Shown: piece by piece, positions 43,259 to 57,559 of the stretch
How the letters are laid out: each line of letters begins with the position of its first letter
Position numbering within the stretch: the stretch's first letter is position 1
Assembly: GCA_038496445.1 (NCBI GenBank)
Contig: JALMLS010000448.1
Location: forward strand, 248,001 to 312,000
DNA: 64,000 nucleotides
Origin: Trichosphaerium sp. ATCC 40318
Taxonomy: Eukaryota; Protista; Tubulinea
Direction of reading: 5' to 3'
Notes under the pieces: model-generated
The model's database searches: none
What the model was told of the DNA's origin: nothing
What the model saw: the letters and a program-made list of their open reading frames with translations, nothing else
Made by a program: the position numbers and the translations under genes

Positions 43259-46200
43259 ATGTTTGATGCCGCACGGGCATCATTCGCTGGTACAAAGACC
43301 AAGGTGTTCAGGGAGATCCAGATCCCTGTTGGTGTCACTTCACCCAAACTCCAAGAATATTCACTCCCACAGCCACGAGATTATAATATTGAGCCAATTG
43401 CTACTGTAGCAGAAAAAGCGGGTGGATTTACGTTTGCTCAAGGCAATCGGTATATAATATGGTACTGACGCTATTGCGCGGCCAGAAGTAACAAAAAATA
43501 GGCGGGTAAGTGGACAAACGCTCCAGCTAGAAGAACTGTACGAAAATCATGATCTACACAACAGCGCTGTATCGTTGAGGTTCCCCGGTGCGTCAATACT
43601 AGGTTTTAGCACGCTTTCTGTTTATTTTTATTAGAGACGTTAGTTGGTTCAGTAGCTATATCAGAGGATCCCACAAGTGCGCACGAAGGTACAATTGTAA
43701 CAGTAGTAGCCTTCAGTGGCACAATATACCACTTTCGATTCTATCACCCCAAAGTACGCTAAAACATACACAACGCGACAACTCAACAAAATATAGTCTA
43801 TGGAAGAAAAACATTCGAGAGACGCAACACCTGACTCAATATTTGCGTATATACGTTCATCAGACTTTGCAGTACGTATTCTATGCTTTATTTAACAAAA
43901 TAAAACTCTTTTTTTCAAATTTTAGCGCGAGCTTTTCAAAAAAAAATCGAAAAAATTCAAAAACTCATTTATACTAACTCGTAATCTACTGTAGCAATCA
44001 CTGGTAAGGCGAGATGCATTAAATGGTGCTAGAGCAGTTAGTATTGCAAGCTATTCAATGTATTCTGTCGCTGTAAGCGCTAGTAATGGGTAAGATGTTT
44101 TTCTTTTGTTTTTTTTTCTTTTGTTTTTTTTTTTCAGTTGTTGGCTTTCTATTATTTATCTAATACTGCCCCTAAGGTCGGTGTTTATCATGAAGTTTCA
44201 AGTACGAGATAGTGAAAGCTTATCGTGCAATACAAAGGCTGAACTTAAGCAATCAATCCTCACATCATTGTTTCAACGCCGTTCGCCTATAAAAGATATG
44301 AAGATCCATGAGTGTACAACAATGCGTACTAAATTAATCGTAACACTGGATGAAAACCATAAACTTTGTATTTGGGATGCAGAAAGAAGAGTAAGTGAAG
44401 ACCAACATCATTCTTTGAAATGTCAAGTTCTGATTTTTTTATTTTTTTCTTAAAGGCTTGCATTACTTCAAAAGTCATTCAATGGGATTCATACGGTTCT
44501 GGTAAAGACTTACCAAAGGCACAAGGTATTAGATAATTTTTGGTGTAATTTATACTTATCACGTGCCATACACGTGAGAAAAAAGAGAATCAAATTTAGG
44601 TGTGGTAAATACTGACGCTGTTATTGTAGAAATCTTGGATAGCAGACTAGGCTTGTATTCGTTTGACAGCAACCTTTTCTGTTTGGTTGTTTATTTATGT
44701 CGTGAAGATTCTTCCCAATTTCAAATATACAGATGTGCTATTAATAATAACCAATTAAATGCACAAATTCATGCAGTATCATATTACGAACCAGACAGGC
44801 TTGTAGATTTTGCAGTAGATGATGGATTCTTATGGGCAATGTGGTGTGAAAAGTACGTACAAAATTGTGGAAGTTACATATCTCAAAAAACTAATATTTC
44901 TTGTCTCTGTAGGCACGCTGGAAATACTCTGTTCTATAACTTGAAGAGACTACATTTTGAATTATCTGATCCTATCCAAAAGATCGATTCTATGGATTGT
45001 GTTGCACACAAAGCTGTTTTAAACGTAAGTACCCTGTAATTTGATAGTATCTAGCTTTTTGTTGATGCTGACTCACGCCTGTTTAGAATTGGCATGGTGC
45101 TTCTTTATCAGAGCCTAGTGAAGTAGTAGAGCTTTTAGACGCATTATACGACGCTGAGCATCCTCCAGAAGATATGTTTTTAGAGGTAGAATATTAGCTG
45201 TTTATTAAGTATTAATTCCAACCATCAAGGCAATTTTTCATCCAAATCGCTTCTCTAAAGAATGCATATCTATCGCTTTATATGAATATAATGGTGTTAA
45301 TATGAGTGGTGCCACTTTATACATGCTACGCGAAGCTGCTGTACAAGCAGTAGCTAACAGAGTACGAAACAGCCGTCAGAAAAAATACAAAAACAGGCGA
45401 TGCTTTTGTTCGTTATTCGAACAGTTGCACTTCTTCTCCGATTTCTCTCTTACACTCAACTCTAATATATTTTTCTGTAGGTAGCAGTAGCAACAGAAAT
45501 GGGTGATTACGTTACAGGCTATGATGCATTCTTTAATCAATGGGCATCATTCTTACAATGCTGCTTAACTGCTTACCTTAAGGAATCACAACCTCTTGGT
45601 ATCTTTTGTTCGGGATCAGTTGGACCAGTTATTGTTAGACAAGGAGCTCTATCTTTTTTGAGAAACTGTAATACCTTGGAGGGATTTTATATTCAATTCT
45701 ATTGGAATAGCAATGGTGGGTTTAGTAGCGTTTCAACTGTTGAGAGATATATGCTTTCTCATGGATATGCTCATACTGAGCATATGGATTTACTTCAGCT
45801 CTTGACTTGCGCACGTGTGATTCATAGCCAGGTACCATATTTTGTGGTCAATGACGTTTGAAAGCTTGCTTACACATGTGTAGGTTGGTCATGTTGGTAT
45901 TGCTGCGTTTGAAGAAGATATGTTGTATCTTGGAGTAAGAGATGCAATAGTTAGGCCTGTAACACAACTTGTGTGTCCATCACAGTACGTCAATTAGTAT
46001 TTTTTATAGGGATGGCTTCTTACTTAAACTTGTTTTAGAGCAGACGCTGGTGATGAAAAAGGTGAACATGCTAGAGAACCTTTCTTGCCGCCTTTTATAC
46101 GTAAATTCAAGTCTATAAAAAGACCAATTGAAACTCTACGACTCATTCTTAATCTACTGGAGGACTTTGAACTCAACGGAGAGTATGCGTTTCTAACCAT

Positions 46201-49200
46201 CTTGGAAAAAGTAAATTCGCGTTAATATCTTCCTTTTGACACAAACGTGATAGTTTCCAACAGTGTTGTTAATAGCCTTGTTTTTTAGGGAACTGAAAAA
46301 CTTTGGTAATCATCCTTCAACTGCAAGCTTTTGTGATCATTGCATATCTCATGGTGTCCGTCAAATACTTCGGTCACGTTATGTGCTTAGTCTTAGTGTT
46401 GCACTTCTTATTTACCTATTGGCTCGTATTCGATTAGTGGTACCAAAAAAAAAGTTACTATAAGACATAAAGTCTAACTATTATGTTTTACAGAGTGGAC
46501 TTAGACTTAATGAATATAAAGTGGTTATGAATGAATTAGAACCAAAAGTATCAAAACTGTTGCGTACATTCTATGTTCTCAATTGGTTATCAAAGCAACG
46601 TATTGAAAATACAACAATAGAGTACGTTCCTTATTCTCTACTTTTTTCCAGGTTAAAGACATTTGTTAACCTTCATTTCAAGCTTTGATAATTTGGCTAC
46701 AATGACGAATAGACACTTAACAATGACTGGTACACGTACTAATGGTATTCAATCGTCTGCAAAGACTGATGGCATGGATTTCTTGCATCATTACTTCTTG
46801 AAGAGGAATAAAGCAGTAAGGCTTAAAATACCAGAGGATGAACAAAAACAATTTCGTTCATCCATGCAACTCATAGCACGAATGCAAGTAAAAGTATTAT
46901 TTGCTTATCACAACAGCAATACATCAGTTATTGAGCATTTCAGTGATAGCAAACAATTCACACTCATGCATGTACGTCATTTTTTTTAACAACTGTTAAA
47001 GCTTTAAAAAAAAAAACCCATACTCACAGAAGATTCTTTAGGATTTTATGTCATTGCTAGCAGACACAACTGGTTTTGGGTGGCATTATCTTGGTGAAAG
47101 TTATCTTCATTTACGGATGTATGCTAAAGCATTTGATTGCTTTGTTAAGGCGTCATGGGATGTTGGTGCGTTTTAAGAACTTATTTTTGTCAATAATTAT
47201 TTCAGCCAAATAGTAATGACTTCTCTGTAGAGAATGGACGTCCTGAGCTTTATCGTTTCCTACTCGATCGTGGTTATAAACCTAGAGCAACTAATATATC
47301 AATGGGAAAGGCTTTAAACGTACGATACCAGAGCATGAAAACAACGTCTTTGGATTCCTTTTTTTATTTCATATCTTTATTACAAACAACTATTATTCTT
47401 TAATCAATAGTATGTCATTATTGTCAATAACTTATCTATTGTTCTTAGATTATTTTGAATCACAAGGGGACAGATATTATTGATGAGACGTTACCAAAAC
47501 ATCGTGGTGTTCCATTGAGAAGAGCAAGATATACATACCTTAAACATTACTGGTATGAGGTCATTAATTTATTCGCAAGCGCAGAACAGTATTCTTTTGC
47601 TGTTCAAGCAGCTCATCGTGCGTTGATGGCCACAGACCCAAAAGACGAAGTTGCACTTGTACGCTATATATTTTTTCTTATTTTTTTCTTTCTTTTTCCT
47701 TGTACCACTTATCAAAAACTAACAAATACTGTTTTTTAGACGCAACTGTGGACTATCATATTTTTACGACAACTGGAACTTGGAGAATATGATGACGCAT
47801 ACATTGCAATTAATGCAAACAAAGCAATGTACGGGTTAATGATAACATTGAATGATGCACATCATTCAACTTAAGCACGAATCCAATTTTTTTGTTTGCC
47901 AAAAGTCAACGCAAATGTTTAACTTGAATGATACGCACAATAACCTACAAGTAGATGAGTGTAATTTCTTTTTATTAATTTTTATTGTATAGGTGTGCAG
48001 AAAGGCTTAGACGATTCCTAGTTGTGATGGCTGAGAAAGGAGAATGGAGAAAGATGATAAGGTACCCATTTTTGGGTATGGAAGATCAAGTACACAAAGA
48101 GCTATTGATGAGGTACAATAAGACACATAAAATTGATTTCCATCTCATTTTCCTCTTAGAAGCCGTAACAGCGATGTAAGCGAGCGACCTAATTTTTACC
48201 ATATTCTATACTCCTTTCATTCCGTAAGAGGAAACTACAGACAAGGTACAGTACAAATAATAATATTGAAAGACGATTGCGGGAACTACGCTGAAAACTT
48301 TCTTTTTGTACTTGCTTTTCTAAAGATGATTTAGCTGCTTCGGCTATGTATGAATATGCCGATAGGTGCTCTATTGAGACACATATGTTGGGAATAGAAT
48401 CCATGGAACGTCAGTCACAAGTACGTTAACTTTAAAATAGTTTTCTAGTTTGGAAAGCTACTCACTGGTTTATGTCTTTATTTCTCACATCCTCCTAGGG
48501 TCTTGTTTCTGCTATTAGCGCTTTATCACTTGCAAGAGATGATTTTGCATATGTACTGATGAGACCAAGAGATACACTTATAATGAAGCGACCTGTCTCG
48601 CCAAAGCGTAAATACTACGCTGGCAAAGAGTACATGGCCGAATTAGATGCAACAAAATGTACGAAAACAATTCCGCTCACTACTAGGGTTGTATCGCATA
48701 TGTGGTTTACTTATCCACCATTTCTTGTAGTTACTCCTGGCGTTGTTGTTATCACTATTGATGAGATACGGCGGAAGCAACTTATTGTTAGTTGTAGTAT
48801 AAAACTTGCAAAAAAAAATCTAAAGCAAGATGAAGACTCTCGTGCGTGTTCCCTTTATTTTTTCTTTCTTATCAAACTCTAATAAGTATCTTACGCTGTT
48901 ATGTAGCATCTATTCTGGGTAATGACAACCCATTGCATTTGTGTGATAAATTGCTTGAGCAAGGATTCATTGATGAAGCTTTTTCTATGGGCAAGTTGTT
49001 TAAGTTTAATCATGATGAAATGGCAAAGATATTCGTATATATGACGAATATTTGCTTGGAGCTTGATGGAGTTGATCTTGAGGCAATAGAATCTCCTTGG
49101 GCTCTTCGATTAGGTATGTATTTTAGCTATTTTTTGACTAAGCACGAGTCTCTTTCCCTTTGTTTTGGAGTTTCACTTTATTTCTTTTGTACTCTCGCTT

Positions 49201-49915
49201 CTGTGATTATTAACGGTTTTCGTTAGCTCGTATATACCAAAAACCTAGTGTGGTAGCTTGGATGAGGTTGAGAAAGTATTTAGAAGACTATAATTCTCAG
49301 TACACAAACTTTCAGTGCGTCCTTTATTTACAACTTTTTCTGAAGTTTTACTTGGAATTCTTTTGTTTTGTTCGTGTTCGTTTCATTTTATGGCTCTAAC
49401 TGATTTATAGCTACCACTTGGTAGCCGCAAAGAGGATACTTACAGCAGCTCCTGATACAAGATTAAAGCCATGGTTAATGAATGCGTTCAAACGTGAAGG
49501 TTCAGAAGATAAATCACATTTACTTATATCTCTTCTCATACAATTCGAGTCATACGAAGAAGCCTGTAGGCTTGGTATATATATGTTCCAAAATGCCAGA
49601 GAGGTACTTACAAATTTTGACATACACACATGCATACTAGCCAAGAATATTACGAAAAAGGGAAAAAAGACAGGCTCGAAGCCTTGTTTCTTCATTTTTT
49701 CTTCTTTTTTTTTTTATCTGATCCATTTATTTTCTTAGGCTCTAAGTGATTCTAAGACGACTTTCATATCTTATAATGTCGTTGATAATATGGAGAAACG
49801 TATCAATACATTCATGAGAAATAATACCTCTGATCAAGCAAGAAAGGATATACTAGAAAAAGATATTTGGCCTGATTACAAAGCCGCAAGAGATGCTTAC
49901 TTCAGGTCCTTGTAG
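43259..49915 (+). CDS. NUP160: Nucleoporin NUP160/Nup120 (about 30 exons)
   Basis: NRYIIWRVSGQTLQLEELYENHDLHNSAVSLRFPGASIL (Nup160 propeller start), VTLDENHKLCIWD, alpha-solenoid with LELGEYDDAYIAI, LRRFLVVMAE and AASAMYEYADR. Confidence 0.85.
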
Positions 49916-50261
49916 GGCATTCAAACAAGACTGTTGATTCAGGTGTATGATTATCCACTTGGGGTAGTTAGTAGTAACCCAACCAATAGTACAAAAAACA
50001 AAACGTTGAAAAAAACGAAGGAGCATTTAGAACCCACGTGCACCTCTTGCTGTAATTGATCTAGTGTAAGATAAAAAAATTTGATGAAAAAGTGCTGTCT
50101 TAAAAGCTTGAGGACGGGTTCATGTTGACTAGGTTTGGGCTTATAATACATAGCCATTGGACAATAGTCGAGGTTGTTCTTATCTGACTAATCCCGTATG
50201 GCTTGTTAAGTATTGACAGCTTAAGCGAATGCAAAAAAGCTGTTATCAATAATACGAACTC

Positions 50262-53200
50262 TACATGCAGCGGCAGTATACGTGGATTGTTTTTCTGCTC
50301 GCTGTGAGTATTTTTGAGGGCTTAAAGGCGCAATGTATGTTTAAAGACAATAAACCAACATTGGTTCCATTAGGTGAGGCGTGTGGTCTAATATTAAGCG
50401 TACTAATACCTTTTAAGAATCAAAGTTTATTCAAGACCGATTCCAGAACGTAATAGCCCTTTATAACAATGGTACGCATACAAAACTATCGTAAAACCTA
50501 ATAAGCACAAAGCCACATTCGTTTACAATGGTTATTTCGGTTGTAACACAACACGCTTCTATTCTCCCATAATAAGCGTCGCTAGAGTGAATGTACGTTT
50601 CAAAGCTCCTTTAACCATTAATTGGGATGAATACGTGCTAACTGGGGCGTCAGCAAGACGCTTTCTTTTTTACATTCCGTATCTGTTGAAATTTGGGAAT
50701 GGGAGGATGACGTAAAACAACTTGTGCAAAAGTCAACTGTGAAATGGAGTAGTATTATGAATGGAACATCATACCACTTTGATTCAATTGTAGAAGCATG
50801 GAACGATACAGTCGTGATTAATTTATTCACACGTGCTGTTTGTTTTAATGTTTCGGGTGGTACTATTAACTCATGGCATTTTATTGAATATGAAGAAGAA
50901 GGATTTGTTATTAAAAACATACGATATGAGTATGAACTTGAGCGTCTATGGGTACGTTGTGTGTTAGAACTTCTATTTCATTTGCACTTTAAAAAATATC
51001 GATTCATTAATCTGACTTAGTTGATTGGTGTTAAAAATGACGAGGAACTGGGTATTTTATCAATGTCTAAATCGTTGGATGGTCAATGGAATATATCGTG
51101 GTCCTACGAAATTGAGATAGTTGAAGGATACTCTATTCCACTAAACTTTACAGTCTATGCCAGTACGGTTTATATGATGCTTTTTTTTGTTTGTTTTTTT
51201 TTACTTTTTGGGTCTCTCACCCACACAACTCAAAGGTTTTCTCATGCTTTTGTTTATTTCCATCATTGATACCATGGTTGTTGTTGCGTTTATGAAAGCG
51301 TAGTGCTTTTGTAAGTGTGGTTTCAGAACCAACATGTTTACTCGATACTAAAAAAGCACAACTACTTTTTCAATATATCTATATTCTTTACGTCTCATAT
51401 TTATTTGTTTTAGAGAGAATGTATCGTAAATATGCACATCTAATTATAAATTCTTATGACGTAATTACCATAAAGCCATTTTATATTTGTCTTGATACAG
51501 CACTTGAATGCTTTAATCTAGATGAATATGCAAATTTTATTCTTTTTGACAGCCCGGATCAGTACATTGGATATTATTGTGACTTACACCTACCTTGTAG
51601 TATGTATCAAAATAGTGTACGTTCAACTAGTTTATTCAATCTTAAGGCTAACAAGTTTTTGATTAACAGAATGAGTATTGCTTGTATTGCTGGCTAAACA
51701 GTACAACAAACAACCAAATACAACTTGTTCAGATGGGTGTTTATTCACTAGGGAGAGCATTTTATCCTTCTCATGATACCCTTGGTCCTCGTCCTATACA
51801 GCGTGTTGTACAAGCAAACGGCAGTATATATATTGGAAGTTCAGTAGATGGATCGTTAAGCATTGAGAAAGGACCAAAACCCAAAGTAGAGCACGTGCTA
51901 TTTTCTAGTAACAGTGTTGATTAACTTACTGTTTTACAATTAGTGTTGGTTTCAATCAACAGTCGCATTATGCAGGAAATGATGTTTTTATAGCTTCTTG
52001 TGGACAAGGAAAAGAGGTTGATAGTACTAGACTAAACCTTATGCCTTGCACTTTCTGCAAACAAGGTAAGAAAAACGAAATTTACTCTGTGTTTTTTTGA
52101 AATCTGTTTTGTTTTGTCTCGTCAGACAGTTTTGCTTGATTACTTCCAAGTACCATAAACAATATTGTGTGTCTTTTATAAACATCATACTTCAGCTGAA
52201 ACACGTTGTGTTATTGAAAGGTTTCTTATTTTTTTCTAGGTTATTACAAAAACGAAACTATGTCATCGTGTGCGCTTTGTACACCAAAAAAAAAGAAAAC
52301 ATGTCCACCTGGATCTATAATGAATTTTGATGAAGAAACTTTAGCAGAATCAGCACAGTCACTGAGGTTCCCTTTTACAGAGTTGACACCAAAGTCAGTA
52401 CAAAAGCAATTCCTCGATCAACTCTTTAACAAGAACGGACCTGCTACTTGGATGACAATAGCAAATTTTTCTCTCATTTTGCTGTTGCTGTTGACTGTAC
52501 TTGTATGTACCAAAAATGGTAATACATGGCTATTAGATAAGCTCAAGTCTATGGATATGAATAAAACACCACTGATTGTTAAAGGTAAGTATCAAACAAA
52601 AGGTAACTTGATCGGAGGTTTGATTACAATATGTACCGTTGGTTTTTGTATTATTGGTATTGTGTGCATGCTGTACATCTACTTTGACTTTGAAAGAGAA
52701 CCAATGATCATTGGAGCAGAGTCTATAAGGCCATTGAATGTGTTACGAGAAACATCAAGTGAGTTGTTGGCATCAGCGCCTCATAATGTTTTAGATTTTT
52801 ACAAACACCTCCAAAGGTAAGCTTCTCAACATGTTTCTGAACAATAACTCTTTTACCAATAGTAATTCACAAACTGAGGTCACAATTGAGTGGGTCGGTA
52901 TGAATGTTACATATTGTAACAAGTCAGACCGTAGTTGGTATTCTTTTAATACTAACATGAAGAGTTTACACCACAACTTTGACACATACGCAGAAAACAC
53001 AAACGTTACACAAGGAATAATATCCTTTCAAAGCTTTAAAGATGGTACAAATATGAGTTTTTCATTTCTTTCAACAGAGTGTTGGTCTCCCAATTTTGTT
53101 GCCATCAAGATAAACTTTACAACAAAAGGTACATTTAAGGTTGATTACTGTTTTGGTTATGACAGTGCTAATGTTTTCTTTTCTACAAGGTTCACAGGAG

Positions 53201-53982
53201 CTTATGACAATATCTGATGTTGGTAGATTTTTACCAAGTGCAAAGATAGAATTGTTGGTAGAATCCACTCCCATAATACGTGTAACTAATGAAGACATCA
53301 TTACAGGTGCGTGGGGTTTTTTTTTGTAAATTATCTGAAAAAAACTTGTGACTTTGTCTTTGTTGTGTAGGATACTTTGCACATACTATTATAAAACATA
53401 GTTATATTGAAGATGGCCTGAGTGCTTCAGAGTTAGAACAAAATAATGAAGAATACAACTTTAGGTACGTTCTATCTACAAACCAACATCATCAACAACT
53501 TTGTCACCTTTTCCTGATTTTCTTGTTACTCGGGCATCACTCTCAAATGCAATTATCAAAATATGTCTCAATATTAACCTTGTTTCCTACACCCCATGTT
53601 ACACAACAAAAGCGGAAACAGTTTGATGGGTTGTTGATTGATGTTGTTTTCCTTTTTTTTTCTTGGTTTTTATTAATGTATTTTATTTAGACTTGATATT
53701 ATCGTCAAGTCAGGATCATCGTATGAACAAGAGATTCAAAGAAAAAATATTGGAGATGCTCAATTAGTATTCTCTTTCTTAGTTATAATTGCGCTAATGT
53801 ACAACATTGGTATGCTTGCTGGTAAGTGTGCAGCACTACTTTATCCTCTTTTCAAGATGATTTTTTATTGCTTTTGCCCTCGTCACAACAGGGAAGAGAG
53901 AAACCCATTATTAGGGGTTATACAATAGAAGTAACGTACTGAATGTTAAATAAACACTTTGTAAATAAATAACATGTTGGCA
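50262..53982 (+). repeat. Inverted segmental duplicate A, copy 2
   Basis: Reverse-complement match to 29254-32860. Confidence 0.97.
50265..53928 (+). CDS. Gene A2: paralog of A1, receptor-like 3-TM protein
   Basis: Same exon structure as A1; ATG 50265, TAG 53926-53928. Confidence 0.8.
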
Positions 53983-55157
53983 GCTGTTTAAAATACACTC
54001 TGATGCGACTCAACATTTTGATTTTGCTTCAACGTTAAACTTGTATACTTGTTCTTTCAAATACCATAAAAATATGAGCCAACATATCAGGTGCTCAATC
54101 TTATTTACTTGTTTTGTCGCGTTCAATGCGAAATCTAGCCAGTTGCGCATACTTGATAATAATCTAAGGATTACGAAAAGCACGTGAAAGTTGAAGTGAA
54201 AGTTAAAAATCCTTTGCTCGAGTAACATCACTGTCTTCCATCGAAAAACTGCCAAACGCATTACTTTAATTGATGATAAATATGAATTATACCCATTGAT
54301 GTATGTAAAGGATTGTACGCCTACTTCTCAATTGTTAGGTATTTCAAATACTCATTAAACGGGTCTTTATTCCGGTACTGCGCTAGCGACAGTACAAAAT
54401 CCGCTAGGTAGATTATTAAGGAGACTTTTTATTGTAGAGAATCTTATCCAATAAAAAGAGCGTCAGCAGTATCTTTTGAATCACGTGAGTTTTTATTTGA
54501 CAAGTCTTTTCGTATTTGTCACTCTTATTATGTACTTCTCTATTATAATTTTTAGCAATGTAGAAGCGTTCGCACTGTGCGATGTATTCTAAAGTCAAGA
54601 ACTTTACATTAACTTTTGGGCTTTGCCTTCGGGTTTTTAGCGATTATTGGGTGACTGCTGGGGGAAACCCAAAACTATTGGTCTGCTCAAAACCATTTAT
54701 AAGACAACTGTATGAGTAGACAAAGCGTTTGACCACTAGGGAGATTTTGTGTGTGGAGTTATTCACATTCGTACGTTTCACCTACAATCTTGTGTGTACT
54801 ATTTTGCGCTGAGTGGCTGTCGAATGCGTAGGCCTATTTTCCCTGTAATTGATTGTATAATAAGAGATGTTTTGATGAAACGTTTCTACCGTTTCTGATG
54901 TTCCTAATGTTTTTCTTGTTAGTAAATGAGTTTAAAGCTTCCACTGGGCGCTCTCTCGAGCATGGCAACCTTTGATTACAGCGCCTTTTTCTTCAAAAAT
55001 ACGTACGGATGTGAATAACTCCACAAATACCGCAGGCTTGTTTTATGTAACTAGCGCACTAAAAGTAAAAATCCAAACATTTTCAGAAAACTCACAAAAA
55101 ACACCATTTTTAAAACACAGAACTGACAAAACATCACGTGATAAACCATTACCCAAA

Positions 55158-56260
55158 ATGAGTATTTCAGGTCAGACATAAAGATATTTTATCTCGACAA
55201 AACTAACACCCTTTCGCTAGTGCTGCTAGTTTTTTGCCTCTATGTGTCGTCTGCTATGGCTGCAGAAAATACCCTAGGGCTCGTACAATACACCCCAAAC
55301 CAAGCAGATTGGTCCATAATGAACGCAAAAGCGATTTCAGGAGTAAACACCGCTCATGACCCTGATGGCGTCGGTTGGATCTCACAAAGCGCATGGAGTA
55401 GCTCAGAATGGGACGGTGTAACAACGTATGACCCTTCTACAATGTCTAGAAGAGCGTTCTGGAAAGCTATTTGTCCAAGTGTCGATCGTATTAGAGGTAT
55501 TCGCGAGGTGTTCTACCAACATCAACCCTTTGCCGACAATGCAAACCCAACCAAAGCAGAAGTCGATGAATGGCATCGTATTGCGATTAACCATGTAAGA
55601 GCACTTGTTGGTACGTTTTCTAATCACGTAGCGTTTTAATCAAAAAGCTCACATTGTTGTTTAGGATACACTAGTGCTGATAGACAAGTGAAGAAGGATC
55701 ATTGTATGTTCGCTCGTGCCTTGTGGGGCCAACAACGCAGGAAAACTACAATGTGGGACGCTGCATACCCTGGTACTACAGGAAGCGCATACGGTCCTTG
55801 TCAAGGATCTGGAAACGCGCACTGTGGCGCTACTTTCATTCCTTCGCCTGCAGATCAAGTACCATACTTGCCTCCTGGTCACCCTCCATGTACTACTGTA
55901 CAGGGCGCTGAAGGTGTTTTTGGTGCTTCGAAGTCAAACATTCCTTGGTCTATAAAGTGGTCTCGCTCTTTGTGCAATACTTTAATTGCTGAGGGATTCT
56001 GGGGAGGACATGTTGGTCCATTTTTTCATCGAGAAAAGTTCGGATTTAGCTTTTGGGATCAATCCTCAAACCATAATGCTATCGCTGGATTAAGAGCAAA
56101 ATGGACTGGAAGGCTAATGCCAAACTTGTACTGCAATCCTAACAATAATGGGTGTACAGGCGCCCGAGACGCCAACCAACAAAGTGCCAGCAATCGCCTT
56201 GTTTTCACTTTTTCTTATGTAGTTCTTTTCTTTGTAGCACTCGTATTAGCACACGCTTGA
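55158..56260 (+). CDS. Gene B2: paralog of B1 with C-terminal GPI-type signal (3 exons)
   Basis: Exon 1 MSIS, intron, VLLVFCLYVSSAMA signal; core near-identical to B1; tail DANQQSASNRLVFTFSYVVLFFVALVLAHA*. Confidence 0.82.
55283..56144 (+). repeat. Inverted duplicate B core, copy 2 (862 bp)
   Basis: Reverse-complement match to 33169-34030. Confidence 0.97.
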
Positions 56261-56465
56261 TGTAGTACATCTATGCTCAAATAAACCTCAAGTCACAACA
56301 CCATCTCTTTTGTTCCTTTCAATGTTTTGATGTTAACAATACAGGTTGGTTAACGCAACAGGAAATGTTGTAGAAATATACTAGTCAAAAATGCCATGTG
56401 ACTCTTTTATACAATAGTGCAAACTTAAGGGATGTCGATTAACTAGTGCAAGCTTACTTCTCGCG

Positions 56466-57348
56466 TACAAACCAGGCTACAGTGGTTTATCGCAACACTC
56501 TTATTATAGAAATGGTGTTTTCCATGGATTGTTCAAAACGTGGTCTGCTGACGGACATCTATGGCGGAATATGACTTTCGTAAACGGAATACATGAAAGA
56601 GAGTGCAGGATTTATCATTTTAATGGTTCATTGAAGTGTAGTCAATATCTTGATGGCAAACTTCATGGAGAGTACAAGAAAATGTATAGCTCTGGTAATA
56701 TACATACCCATTGTTTCTATAATATGGATAAGAGAGAGGGATCGTACAAGCAATGGAAGAACAAGGATGCTCATCCGTGTATTGAGAGTACTTACCCCTA
56801 TGATAAACGCATAGGAAGGTACAAACGAAGGTATAAAAAAGGTGAATGTGTACTACTTTGTACCTATAATCATAGAGATAAGCAAGAAGGTGATTGCAAA
56901 ATGTGGTATGGCACTGGACAATTGAAAAAACATTGTGAGTACATCAACGGGGAAAAGTTTGGCGAATCAACAATGTGATACAAAAGCGGCCAAGTGAAGA
57001 AGTTACAAAACTACATCAATGGTGTTTTAGAAGGAGAGGTCAAAGAGTGGTATGAAAGCGGTCAAGTGAAGAAACAACAAAACTACGTCAATGGTAAGCT
57101 CGGAGGAGAGAGCAAACAATGGTATGAAAGTGGTCAATAGCAGCTACACCGAAACGAAGATGAGGACAAAACGTGGTATAAAATGGTCAAATGAAATCAC
57201 ATGAGTATAGCACTGATGATAAAAGATGTTGTAAGACATGGTACGAAAATGGTCAAATACAGCTGGACATAGCATATAGCAGAAACGGAAATGGAAAAGA
57301 AGCAACACAATGGCATCAGAATGGTCAAATTAAGAGAGTTTTTAACTA
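56466..57348 (+). pseudogene. Intronless MORN-variant (MORN_2/YwqK-like) repeat pseudogene
   Basis: Repeats such as YxNGKLHGEYKxWYESGQ; in-frame TGA at 56976-56978, TAG near 57138 and a frameshift near 57180. Confidence 0.85.
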
Positions 57349-57487
57349 GCGAATATTGACAGGCTTAATTTTCTGCTAATTTTCTCAAACTTCAAACCAC
57401 AATTTTTTTTGCATTTCAAAACGTTAGACTCAAAAATGATTCCGCGTTTTGTTCCTTTGAGATGCAATTTAGAGTATAGTGCTTCAT

Positions 57488-57559
57488 CGTTTCTTGACTG
57501 AGAGGTTAAAGTAATATGCTAATAACATATTTTCGCTGGTTCGAATCCAGCAGTAACAA
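57488..57559 (+). tRNA. tRNA-Ile(AAT)-like gene, possibly pseudo-tRNA
   Basis: D-arm ACT-GAGAGGTTAA-AGT; anticodon arm ATATG-CTAATAA-CATAT; T-arm GCTGG-TTCGAAT-CCAGC; acceptor CGTTTCT/AGTAACA has two mismatches. Confidence 0.7.

Noticed and set aside
54613-54676. Imperfect hairpin ttttgggctttgcc...ggggaaacccaaaa as a snoRNA or miRNA
   Set aside because: Short, bulged stem with no recognisable box motifs; insufficient support.
56976-56978. TGA-to-Trp recoding or selenocysteine in the MORN ORF (TGA sits at a conserved W)
   Set aside because: Other Trp codons are TGG, a TAG and a frameshift follow, and TGA ends intact genes (NDC80, B2); simple decay explains it.
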